A stretch of 64,000 nucleotides of DNA from assembly GCF_009914755.1 (NCBI RefSeq), contig NC_060936.1, one strand, 5' to 3'. The first letter of the stretch is position 1; the number at the start of each line of letters is the position of its first letter. This DNA comes from the human T2T-CHM13v2.0 reference genome, Homo sapiens. Of this stretch, positions 20,362 through 48,973 are shown in pieces. The notes below the pieces were generated by a model. The model was not told where the DNA came from and ran no database searches. It was given only the letters and a program-made list of their open reading frames with translations. The translations under genes and the position numbers were made by a program.

Positions 20362-20808
20362 TGTAGTGGACTGAATGGTGGCTTCCCAAAACATATGTCT
20401 ATGTCCTAGGACATGTTAATGTGACCTTATTTGGGAAAAGCGTCTTTACAGGGGTAAACAATGATCTTAAGGTGAGATCATCCTGGATTACTTGGGTGGG
20501 CCCCAAATCCAAAGATGAGGGTCTTTGTAAGAGGAAGAGGAGACATGGACACAAAGGAGGAGACGGCCATGCGAAGACAGAGGGAGAGACTGGAGGGATG
20601 TGGTCACAAGCCAAGGAATGCCTGGAGCACCACAAGCTGGAAGAGGCAAGGAAGGGTTCCTCTCTGCTCCAGCCTTCGGGACTACAGCCCCACCAACACC
20701 TTGATTTTGGACTTCTGGACTTCAGAACTGTGAGAGAATACATTTTTGTTGTTCTAAGCCACCAAGTTTGTGGTAATTTGTTATGAAAGCTCCAAAAAAC
20801 ACCAACAA
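20362..20808 (+). mobile_element. MLT1 (MaLR) solo LTR, MLT1B/C-like
   Basis: TGTAGTGGACTGAATGGTGG start; ...GACTTCAGAACTGTGAGAGAATACATTTTTGTTGTTCTAAGCCACCAAGTTTGTGGTAATTTGTTA end. Confidence 0.8.
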
Positions 20809-21219
20809 AAAATGATATAAACTTATTATTATTATTATTATTATTATTATTTTGGCATTAACTTTTTTTTTCTTGTATTTTTAGTAGAGACAGGGTTTCG
20901 CCATGTTGATCAGGCTGGTCTCCAACTCCCGACCTCAGGTGATCCGCCCACCTAGGCCTCCTAAAGTGCTGGGATTACAGGTGTGAGACACCGTGCCTGG
21001 CCTTGACCTTAACTTTTTAAAGAGTCTAGGACTAGTTGTCTTATAGAATGTCCCAACTCTGAAATTGTCTTCAGATTGACCTTTTAAAATCCTAAATCAG
21101 GGCGGAGCAAGGTGGCTCATGCCTGTAATTCCAGCACTTTGGGAGGCCGAGGCGGGCAGATCACTAGGTCAGGAGATCGAGCCCATTCTGGCCAACATGG
21201 TGAAACCCCACCTCTACTA

Positions 21220-21414
<195 letters not shown>

Positions 21415-22692
21415 TCAGATTAAGTCATTCCCTGCTTCAAACCCTCTAATGGCTTTTCATTGCATTTAAAATAAACTCTTTACTCTGATTTTAAAAGCCT
21501 CGTGATCTTTGACTCCTTGCCATGCCTCTAACCTCACCTTTCCCGCTCTCTTCCCTCATCTGCCTCGCGCCAGCCTCACTGAACTTTCTGCAATTCTTCA
21601 AACATGCCAAGCTCATCCCCAGCCTTACCCTTCTGCTCGGGTGATGACTGAATACAATTCATGATTTTCAAGTCCTAGATTGCATGGAAATAGCTATAAA
21701 GAATGTTATTGGGGCAATTGAGGGAATTTGAATATGGGCTGTGTATTAGATAATACTGTTATATCAGTGTTAAATTTCTTTTTTGTTAGTTACAAAATTT
21801 TTTTACACAAATAAAGGCAAATCGATGTTAAATGTCTTCAGTGGGCTAATCCTACTGTGGTTATGTAGGAAAATGTCCTTGTTCTTTGGAGTTACATGCT
21901 AATGTATTCAGAGATTAAATATAATGATGTCTAACACTTCCAGAGGAATTGTGGCAAAACATTGACAACTGGTAAATCCAAGGGAAGGATATATTGGTGT
22001 TCATAGCAGCATTCTTTCAACTTTGTCCTGGGTTTGATTTTTTTCAAGATAAAATAGAGTAAAAGATGGACAATTTAAAGAAAAAATATCTTAATCCAGG
22101 AATACTTAAAAATCAGTAGAGCATTTGTCAATGCCCTTCTAAAGATTCAGAAGATGTGGGTAGGACCCAGGGGCCTGCCTTTTCATGGCCCGGGTGACCC
22201 TCAGGCAGCTGCCCAGGCCACACTTTGAACAGGTTCACTGAGCACTCTGCCCTTGGAGTGTGGCTTGCTGGCACAGCCCATTATTTCCCATTCTCCAGCT
22301 GAGGAGCGGCTGGCTGAAAGATCAAGCAGGCGGATGGAGACGTGATTTTACAGTGAGGGTGGAACCGGAGATTGTGGGCACAACAGAGAATGGTGAGGAG
22401 TTGCGGAAAGATTTTGTCTTCCTGCCCTGTCTTTTGGCTTCTGGAGGAACAGAGGAGGCTCCTAGAACTCAGGGAATGAATGGAATGAGGGCTCCAAACT
22501 CCTCATACCAGTGCTTCTCTGACTCTATTTTACACTCCCTTGGATAAATGTCATCTGTAAACAAACAAACAAACAAAAAAAGAAATCACAATAAGTTTTG
22601 AAGTATTCCCCAAATTCCAGTGTTCCAGGATCCTTGAGTCTTGAACTCAACATAGATGCAGACTGAACACGTCAGCACGTCATTCTGACTTC

Positions 22693-22711
22693 TGACCAGA
22701 AGGTGGCAGCA
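22693..22711 (+). promoter_or_regulatory. CTCF-like motif TGACCAGAAGGTGGCAGCA
   Basis: Close match to the CTCF core CCASYAGRKGGCRS; binding not shown. Confidence 0.55.
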
Positions 22712-22889
22712 ACATACCTCGCTTTATTTTAGGGGCCACCAACAAAGAGATTTTTTGGGTGCCTCACACGCATTCAATTGACCTAGGTCCCGCCGCAGAC
22801 ACCACGGACAAAAAGATCAGTACGATCTTATCGTTGCCCTCAAAGATCATATTGTCAGGGAGCGGAAAGTCAGAGGCAGACATATAAAC

Positions 22890-23050
22890 AGATTACCAGT
22901 TACTAGCTGTGTGACCTTAGGAAAGTTACTTAACCTCGCTGTGCCTCAGTTTCTTCAACTATGAAGTGGGAATAGTAATAGTACCTATGTCATAGGGTTA
23001 CTGTGAGGATTAGGAGTGATTAAATAAATGTGTTAGACCTAGCACTGTAT
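22890..23050 (+). mobile_element. MIR
   Basis: TAGCTGTGTGACCTTAGGAAAGTTACTTAACCTCGCTGTGCCTCAGTTTCTTCAACTATGAAGTGGG MIR core. Confidence 0.8.
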
Positions 23051-23549
23051 CACTATGTGATACAGTGAGAGAAGGGATGAGCTGGCAGGGATGCCCACAG
23101 TGCTCCCTAACTGGAAGCAGTGGAGCCCCAGGTGGAGATAATGGGAAAGAGTTCCACTCTGGTAAAGCCACTCTGTCAGTGGGGACCCTGCAGCCAAACT
23201 GGGCTGGGAGAGTCTACCTTCAAAAGTGTGGTGCTGGATCCCTTCCGGCTGAGGCTCACCTTGGGTCCTGCAGGCATAGAGTGAAGAACACCAGCAGGGC
23301 CACTCAGGGCCTGATCAACCAGGACGCGCCCTTCCAGAGGAAACCACCACTAGCTCACTGTACAAGCTCAGACATGCAACTTGGTCCCTCTGAGCCTCAG
23401 GTCTTACCTAAGTGATGGGGAAATAGGACCACAGGGACCAAGGAACAGTGCTGAGTTCCACATCTGGGACATCGCAAGAGCAACTATAAAGTCAGGCAAT
23501 TCAGGAGCAGCGAGGACTTGGAGCTAGGGACTCAAAAATAAAGCTGGGG

Positions 23550-25940
<2,391 letters not shown>

Positions 25941-26213
25941 AAATAGCACTCTTGCCAGTAACCTAAACTTCGTTACTCACCTTCCCTGCAAACCCCTGAA
26001 CACATGCAATAGTTGTTTCTCTTCCAGCCTTCATCAGAGCAGCCAAGGGAGGCAGGAGGAGGAGGAGCGATGAGAATACTGGCAAATACTTCTACAGCAT
26101 GTACTAGGTGCCAAGCACAAGTGCTTTACAGAGGGTAACTCGTTTAATCCTCCCAACACCATGAGGTAAGTACTGTTATTATCATTCCCATTTGTGGATA
26201 AAGAAAATGGGGT

Positions 26214-26570
<357 letters not shown>

Positions 26571-28145
26571 TCACTCAGAAAACCCAAAGCACACAGCTAA
26601 TTAAGGTGAGCAGCCATGAATGAACCTGCACCATCTGCCCAGAGTCCCGGTCCACCAGGGGAGGATGAGGCCAGGGAGGACTTGGCTTCTTCCGCCTTGG
26701 GTCCAAGCACTACTTTCAGCAACCAGGGGCACAGTCCAAAAGAAGCCCAGACTCTCACTGCTCTTGGGGCTGACATTATCACTCTGGAGGTTAATAATAA
26801 TAGCAATAATAAAACCAGCTTCCATTTTCAGGCTTTAAGATGTGTGTCCTAAGCACTTCACATGTATTTATTTATTCCTTTAGTCCTCCCAACAACACTA
26901 TGAGGTAGAAGCTACAGTTAGTTATCTCCCTTTTCTTGAGGGACATGAAGGGACGTAGTGACGAGCCTAAATTCTACAACAGAGTGGTGGATCAGATGGG
27001 AAGTGTGGCAGCTGGATGCCAGAGCCCGGCTCTTAACCCAGACTCTTTGCCTACCTTTGCTCCGCCTGGAGTTGCTGGCCTGCTCCTTCTGCTTTAGGGG
27101 AGGAGCCTCTTCTGCCTGGCAGTTCCCCACCCAGGCCTGATCCACAGCTCCAGAGCCCTGCTGTGGCAGCCCTCTGTCCCTTCTCCTCCGAGGCATGTAG
27201 GTGGCCAGCGGAGCCCTTAAGCAGGGTGAGGACGGGAACTCCATCTGGAACTCCCCAGGCCCAGCTGCAGCCCCAGCAGCCTCTACTCTCAGAGGCTTGG
27301 GTCCCCCACTAGTGCCCTGTAGACAGGGCCTGAGCTGGTCCTCCCCAGGCCTTGCCCGCCTCTCCTGATGCAGAGCTGGCTCCCTGCTCCTGGAGGGTGG
27401 GGCCAAATCCGGGATAGATGGGGCTCCAGGCCAACAGCAGCTGGGGCTCAGTGCCCAGGACTGCGGCAGGAAGCACCAAGGCTTCCCTAGCCCCTCCTCA
27501 CACCCACCAAGCCTCCCGGCCCTATCCCGGGTGGGACCCTACCCCTCCCAATTCCCAGGAGTTAGGGGAGGCCAAGCTGTCATTTATTCGTCCTGTCCCA
27601 TCTCTCCCTTCCTCCCGCTTCCCACTCCCCTGGCAACCAAACCAGACCCATCAAGGAGAAGGAACTGGCAGCTGTGCAGGGAGAGACTAATGGCCCGGAA
27701 GGAAGGAGGGGCCTGGAAAGGAGACGAAGGCGGTAGGGACGTGAGCAGGGCGTTGGCCCTGGCCCATCTCACAGGACGCACAAAGAGGGGAGGGGGCTGC
27801 TGCCCTGCAATACTGAGGAGCTGGCCAGCCAGGGAGCCGCCCTCCTTACCCCCAGCCAGATATCCAGGCAGGAACCTGAAACCTGCTTCCCCAGATGCAC
27901 TCTCTTGTCCTCAGGTCCCATCTGAGGCAGACCTGTCTCACAGGACAGCGCTGGAGTCCCCAGCAGCAGCAGCAGCCCCAGCCCTATGGTTCCTGGCAAA
28001 CCCAGCAGACCTCAGCAACCCGGCTCCTGCAGACCATCCGAGCTGCCTCTGTCCACTCCTGGGCAGGTTGTGCTTGCATTCTGGAAGCTGTTTGACATAC
28101 AAAGGCCAGATATCAGCCTTCTCGCTAACTCTGGAGTAGGGGAGG

Positions 28146-28243
28146 GTGTGGTGGGATGTGTGATTGTGTGTGTATGTGTGTGTATGTAGTGTGTGTGCGC
28201 ATAGATATACAAAGCTGTGTGTATGCATCTGTTTGCGTGCGCA
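28146..28243. repeat. Imperfect (TG)n/(TA)n alternating purine-pyrimidine tract upstream of PRPH
   Basis: Visible directly. Confidence 0.75.
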
Positions 28244-29306
28244 GGTTTGTGGACCTGTTCTGGGGCCTTCTCTCTTTCAGACTGCTGGGGATGGGCACTT
28301 TCTCTTTCCCCATCTCTTCCCCATCCAGCCCCACCCATCCCTGGTACCTGCAACTCATCAATACTGGAAACCAGCTCCTGCCAGTCCATCCATCTCTCAG
28401 CCTTGGCAGCCGCTGTTGCCCCTCAGCCCCCTCCCCTTCCTACCTCAGGAATCACTCTGGTTCCTGTAAAGCCCATGACTGAGCAGCAATTGGTGTGGGG
28501 TTGGGGGGAGGGAGAATCCAGTAAACCAAGACAGAATACAAAAGGCCCACTTAGCCCAGCCCGTGGCATGGGGCAGACCCTCCCGAGTGGGATCCAGAGC
28601 TGGGTCCAGCCACCCTCAGCCCCCTATGATGTACCCACCTCATTGGGGCTTGTTGCGGGGTAGGTCTAGGTTTGGGGGCTGTGTCTTTAAGGCTGAAACA
28701 TCAGCAGACAACCTCTGCTGGGCCGTCTTCAGGGGAGGGGGAGGGGGGCTGGTCAGCCCATTAGCAGCAGAGCTGGCGCCAGGCACCAGCCCTTCACAGG
28801 GCCCTGGGGATTAGGGAGAGTAGCTCTTCCCCAGCCCGATCTGCCTCTGCGCCCCTGTCTCCTATTCCTCTCTGGGTGTGGTGAAGGAGGGGTAGCTGAC
28901 AGCAGGTGAAAATAGAGCCTGGCCTTCAGGGGGCAAGTCAAGGCACTAGCTATGGGGCCTAAGCCAGGTCAACTCTCCCTCCAGCTGGCCTCCTCCCTAC
29001 TCCTGTGCCAGAAGCCTGCCCTTTAACTTCAGGTCCTTCTACCTCGCAATTTTCAGGGACTCTAGTTCAAGTCAGGCCTTCCTACCCTAGGTTCTAGCTT
29101 TGGGTGCTTGTTGGGAGGAAGTGACCCCCACCCCAGCGGCAACAGGGGGCAATCAAGTGGGTAGAGGCCTGCAACCAGGGAAGGGAGGGGAAGGCGCTCC
29201 TGCTGTTCCGCAGGGGTGGGGCATCCCCCTCCCCATACAACCCCCCTCCAGCGGGCCATCAGGCCAGTGGGAGGAGCTGCCCGTGCCCCCCCTGAGACCG
29301 CAGGGC

Positions 29307-29312
29307 TATAAA
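29307..29312 (+). promoter_or_regulatory. PRPH: PRPH TATA box (GCTATAAAG)
   Basis: TATAAA 85 nt upstream of the ATG in a GC-rich promoter. Confidence 0.85.
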
Positions 29313-29391
29313 GCCGCCTCGCAGCGGTCTGCGGCTCCTTCCCAGCCCCCGGCCTAGCTCTGCGAACGGTGACTGCCCATCCTTGGCCGCA

Positions 29392-29936
29392 ATGAGCCAC
29401 CACCCGTCGGGCCTCCGGGCCGGCTTCAGCTCCACCTCATACCGCCGTACCTTCGGTCCACCGCCCTCACTATCCCCCGGGGCCTTCTCCTACTCGTCCA
29501 GCTCCCGCTTCTCCAGCAGCCGCCTGCTGGGCTCCGCGTCCCCGAGCTCCTCGGTGCGCCTGGGCAGCTTCCGTAGCCCCCGAGCGGGAGCGGGCGCCCT
29601 CCTGCGCCTGCCCTCGGAGCGCCTCGACTTCTCCATGGCCGAGGCCCTCAACCAGGAGTTCCTGGCCACGCGCAGCAACGAGAAGCAGGAGCTGCAGGAG
29701 CTCAACGACCGCTTCGCCAACTTCATCGAGAAGGTACGCTTTCTGGAGCAGCAGAACGCGGCCCTGCGCGGGGAGCTGAGCCAAGCCCGGGGCCAGGAGC
29801 CGGCGCGCGCCGACCAGCTGTGCCAGCAGGAGCTGCGCGAGCTGCGGCGAGAGCTGGAGCTGTTGGGCCGCGAGCGTGACCGGGTGCAGGTGGAGCGCGA
29901 CGGGCTGGCGGAGGACCTGGCGGCGCTCAAGCAGAG
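29392..29936 (+). CDS. PRPH: Peripherin exon 1 (head, coil 1A: [22 protein letters not shown]...[19 protein letters not shown])
   Basis: Type III intermediate filament LNDRFA motif; donor AG|gtcagg; 545 nt. Confidence 0.97.
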
Positions 29937-30368
29937 GTCAGGGGGCAGGGCTGGGCCGCTGCCGTCGAGGCGAGGTCGAAGCGGCCGTCGAGGCGGCTGC
30001 TCTTCCCTCCCCTCGCTTCCCCTCTCCATCAGCAGCCCAAGGGTGTGGCTCCCCTTACCAACCCAGGTGTGTGCGGGCAGCATCCCTGCCCACGGGCTCC
30101 AAGTGCCCCCCGCTACCCCTTTGCTCTGAGTGTTTGGGGAGGTGGGAGAAGTGGGTATCTGTGCCTCCCCTGAGTAATGAGGAAACCCCCTTTTCAGCTC
30201 CCAGTCCGTTAGAGACAATGCGGGGCAATTCCATTAGACAGCCTCAGCCCTCCATTTAGAGTCCTGGGCAGCAGAACAGCCTCTAACCGGATCCTGGGGG
30301 GCGTGCGGTCTGGGGTGCGAGCTGGGCGGCGACCCCGCAGTTCAGCCTCTGCACGCTCTTCCCGTCAG

Positions 30369-30429
30369 GTTGGAGGAGGAGACGCGCAAGCGGGAGGACG
30401 CGGAGCACAACCTCGTGCTCTTCCGCAAG
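30369..30429 (+). CDS. PRPH: Peripherin exon 2
   Basis: gtcag|G, AAG|gtgag; 61 nt, typical of type III IF genes. Confidence 0.96.
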
Positions 30430-30622
30430 GTGAGTCCGAGCCCCTCTCCGAGTTCAGCCTCCCCACCGCTACCCCCGATCTCAGTATCCAGAGGTGGCAT
30501 CGGTGGGCGCGGGGAGAAGGGGGTAACCCAGATGCCTCCTGAGGCAGACAGGGAAGGCCTGGTCCTTCCTTGGTCTGCGCAGCCCCTAACTTATCTTGAA
30601 CCTCCACTGCCACCCCTCGAAG

Positions 30623-30718
30623 GACGTGGACGATGCCACTCTGTCCCGCCTGGAACTAGAGCGCAAGATTGAGTCTCTGATGGATGAGATTGAGTTCCTC
30701 AAGAAGCTGCACGAGGAG
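30623..30718 (+). CDS. PRPH: Peripherin exon 3 ([32 protein letters not shown])
   Basis: cgaag|GAC, GAG|gtaag; 96 nt. Confidence 0.96.
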
Positions 30719-30873
30719 GTAAGTGGGCCCGGTATCAGGGGCGGTTTCTGAGGTTGTGGGGTGGTCTCGCTGGAGCTGGCGGGTGGAGCGGAGGCATCGC
30801 CCTGGGGATCAGGACGATGCTGGGTAGACGCAGCCCCTCCACCCTAGTCTACAGGTGGTTAGACTCCCACCCT

Positions 30874-30890
30874 TGCGCCACCTGGCGGCG
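30874..30890 (-). promoter_or_regulatory. CTCF-like motif CGCCGCCAGGTGGCGCA in PRPH intron 3
   Basis: Near-consensus CTCF core on the minus strand; binding not shown. Confidence 0.55.
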
Positions 30891-31079
30891 GGCAGCGGGG
30901 CTGTACCTCCGAAACCTGGCCTCTGGTCTCGCGCCCGCGGGGGCGCAGGGCTGTACGCCCTGCCCTCCCTGGCGCCCACTTCTGTTCGTTCAAGCGTTTC
31001 TTCTCTTTTCTGTGCACGAACTGCGTGGCCCGCGTGGAATTTGCGCCGCTGTCCATCCTCTGCCTGCTCCCGGCCGTAG

Positions 31080-31247
31080 GAGCTGCGAGACCTGCAGGTG
31101 AGTGTGGAGAGCCAGCAGGTGCAGCAGGTGGAGGTGGAAGCCACGGTGAAGCCCGAGCTGACGGCAGCGCTGAGGGACATCCGCGCGCAGTACGAGAGCA
31201 TCGCCGCGAAGAACCTGCAGGAGGCGGAGGAGTGGTACAAGTCCAAG
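31080..31247 (+). CDS. PRPH: Peripherin exon 4 (...[13 protein letters not shown])
   Basis: cgtag|GAG, AAG|gtgc; 168 nt. Confidence 0.95.
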
Positions 31248-31338
31248 GTGCAAGAGCCGGGAGGGCCTGCGAGGCGGGACGCTGGGGTGGTGTCGCGCGT
31301 CCCAGCCGACTAAAGCCTGGGTTACCCCCACTTCTCAG

Positions 31339-31464
31339 TACGCGGACCTGTCCGACGCTGCCAACCGGAACCACGAGGCCCTGCGCCAGGCCAAGCAGGA
31401 GATGAACGAGTCCCGACGCCAGATCCAGAGTCTAACGTGCGAGGTGGACGGGCTGCGCGGCACG
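31339..31464 (+). CDS. PRPH: Peripherin exon 5
   Basis: ctcag|TAC, ACG|gtgag; 126 nt. Confidence 0.96.
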
Positions 31465-31547
31465 GTGAGTACGAAGCTGCGCGCTCGGGCCCGGGGAGCG
31501 GACGATGAAATGTTCTGCAACTGGCCCCTTCCACTCTCCTACCCCAG

Positions 31548-31768
31548 AACGAGGCGCTGCTCAGGCAGTTGAGAGAGCTGGAGGAGCAGTTCGCCCTGGA
31601 GGCGGGGGGCTACCAGGCGGGCGCTGCGCGGCTCGAGGAGGAGCTGCGACAGCTAAAAGAGGAGATGGCGCGGCACCTGAGGGAGTACCAGGAGCTCCTC
31701 AACGTCAAGATGGCCCTGGACATCGAGATCGCCACCTACCGCAAGCTGCTGGAGGGCGAGGAGAGCCG
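31548..31768 (+). CDS. PRPH: Peripherin exon 6 (...[18 protein letters not shown])
   Basis: IF helix-termination motif [10 protein letters not shown]; 221 nt. Confidence 0.97.
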
Positions 31769-31867
31769 GTGAGGGTGGAGCTGCTGGGGCGGGGCAGGGC
31801 GGGGTCGGGACTGGGCCGGGCAGGGCGGGGCCTGGGCAGGGGCGCTGACAACTTGCTTCGCCTCTAG

Positions 31868-31917
31868 GATCTCCGTGCCCGTCCATTCTTTTGCCTCCTT
31901 AAATATAAAGACGACTG
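31868..31917 (+). CDS. PRPH: Peripherin exon 7
   Basis: tctag|G, ACTG|gtgag; 50 nt. Confidence 0.94.
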
Positions 31918-32148
31918 GTGAGTCTGGCTTACAGCCTGTACCTCTCCTTGTCCACTTCTGCCCTCCTCGGGCTCTTGCTCTGGCTCACCTCAGGGATCTC
32001 TTCTCCCCACGGAACTTCTGGGTCCTGGCCTGTACCCACCCCTACTCCTCAAACCCGCCCCTCCCCTGCCCTCAGGGATAGCAGTGGGAGCCTAAGAGGA
32101 GAGATTCCCACGCCTTCCCCCTTGAACCCTTTATCCTGCTTTCTTCAG

Positions 32149-32228
32149 TGCCTGAGGTGGAGCCTCCCCAGGACAGCCACAGCCGGAAGACGGTTCTGAT
32201 CAAGACCATTGAGACCCGGAATGGGGAG
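32149..32228 (+). CDS. PRPH: Peripherin exon 8 (...KTVLIKTIETRNGE)
   Basis: ttcag|TG, GAG|gtgag; 80 nt; type III tail motif IKTIETR-G. Confidence 0.95.
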
Positions 32229-32478
32229 GTGAGGCAGGTCCCCTAATGCCAGGACCCCACCATTTCCCATATTATTTCTGAGCCCCAGCCTGGCTGTCGC
32301 TAATCTTACTTAGGGTGGGTAATTCTTGGGGAGAGACAGAGAAGGAGACAGAGAACGTGGATAGATAACCAGGAGCCTCTGCTGGTTACCCCAGGGAGTG
32401 GGGCTCTATGATCCAAAGGAGTAGGATGGAGGGTGGCGCTGAATGGCTTGTGCCCATCATATGCCCTGTCCCCAGCAG

Positions 32479-32544
32479 GTGGTGACAGAGTCCCAGAAGG
32501 AGCAGCGCAGTGAGCTGGACAAGTCTTCTGCCCACAGTTACTGA
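32479..32544 (+). CDS. PRPH: Peripherin exon 9 coding part (VVTESQKEQRSELDKSSAHSY*)
   Basis: cagcag|GTG; exons sum to 1413 nt = 470 aa + stop. Confidence 0.95.
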   Translation: MVTESQKEQRSELDKSSAHSY

Positions 32545-32854
32545 ACCCCTTGGTCCGGAGCCTTGACTCTGCCCTAGGCCTGCTCAAAGCCCAAACCCTA
32601 AGACCACTCCTGAATTGTCTCCTCTCCCTCTGCATGTGTCTAAAAGGTGGTACCAGGCATCCCTTTCCTGGCTTATGGCCAAGCCCTACCCGGCCAGCAG
32701 TCGCTGGGCCTCTCCCTGCCCTGACACTTGATGTGACCTATGTGCTTCCCTTTTCATGTCCCGATAAGAAGCCAATGATCCCCCCTCAGGACAAATCTAC
32801 TCCAGCCACGATGAGAAGTGGGTGAGCCAGGGTCTGAGTTTCACATTTGAACCA

Positions 32855-32860
32855 AATAAA
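32855..32860 (+). terminator. PRPH: PRPH poly(A) signal AATAAA
   Basis: AATAAA followed by a GT/T-rich downstream element (about 32890-32915). Confidence 0.88.
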
Positions 32861-33304
32861 ATGCTGTCAAGAGAAAACTCTCCAGTGCATTTGTTTCTGT
32901 GGAAGTGTGTGTGCGGTACCTGAGGGGAGGAGCCTCGGCGGTGTTCTCCCTTTGTCTCGAGTCATTTCTTTTCTGGCTGTCACTCTCTTGGCATCAATAT
33001 ACCCTTCTAGGTTTTCTACCTCTGTCCATTCCTTTTCAGCTTTTGTCCCTCACCTGCAGCCTGGAATGCCCAGCCACCTGCTGGGTGCCTCACAGGCCAC
33101 TCAAACTCAACCTGTCCCAAACAGAGCTCCTCACCTCCCTCTGCAATCATGCTCTTCCTCTGGATTCCTTGCCCCAGAAGAAGGCACCACTAAGACACCT
33201 AGTGCCCAAGTTAGAATTCACCTCAGCTTATGCACCCTTCTTTTCTTCACCTGACCCCAAATTCTGTGAAGTCTACTTCTTTTGTTATTTAAAAAATTTT
33301 AATA

Positions 33305-35870
<2,566 letters not shown>

Positions 35871-35959
35871 ACCCATGCTGTCTTCCAACTTCCAACTCCA
35901 TTCCTCCATTCCGTCCTACCCTTGCCTTCAAGTCAAAATTCACATCTGAATTTAAGATG

Positions 35960-39570
<3,611 letters not shown>

Positions 39571-39914
39571 CCAGAGTACCCTCTTTTTTTCTTTTTCTTT
39601 TCTTTTTATTTATTTATTTATTTATTTTTTGAGATGGAGTCTCACTCTGTCACCCAAGCTGGAGTGCAGTGGCACGATCTAGGCTGACTGCAAGTTCCGC
39701 CTCCCAGGTTCATGTCATTCTCCTGCCTCAGCCTCCCGAGTAGCTGGGACTACAGGTGCCTACCACCATGCCCGGCTAATTTTTTGTATTTTTAGTAGAG
39801 ACGGGGTTTCACCGTGTTAGCCAGGATGGTCTCAATCTCCTGACCTCGTGATCCACCCGCCTCAGCCTCCCAAAGTGCTGGGATTACAGGCGTGAGCCAC
39901 CGCGCCCGGCCCAG

Positions 39915-40946
<1,032 letters not shown>

Positions 40947-41016
40947 TGATCTGCCTATCTCGGCCTCCCAAAGTTCTGGGATTACAGGCATGAGCCACTG
41001 CGTCTGGCCAGAGATC

Positions 41017-42190
<1,174 letters not shown>

Positions 42191-42196
42191 TTCAGA

Positions 42197-48970
<6,774 letters not shown>

Positions 48971-48973
48971 GTC

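Larger units (their letters stand above)
29250..31870. promoter_or_regulatory. PRPH: CpG island over the PRPH promoter and exons 1-6
   Basis: High GC and CpG density by eye. Confidence 0.8.

Noticed and set aside
26918-28663. Overlapping 150-200 aa ORFs and a (CAG)5 upstream of PRPH
   Set aside because: Non-ATG starts, low complexity, no homology I recognise; (CAG)5 is too short to matter
29490-30218. 242-aa antisense ORF over PRPH exon 1
   Set aside because: Expected stop-poor mirror of a GC-rich coiled-coil exon
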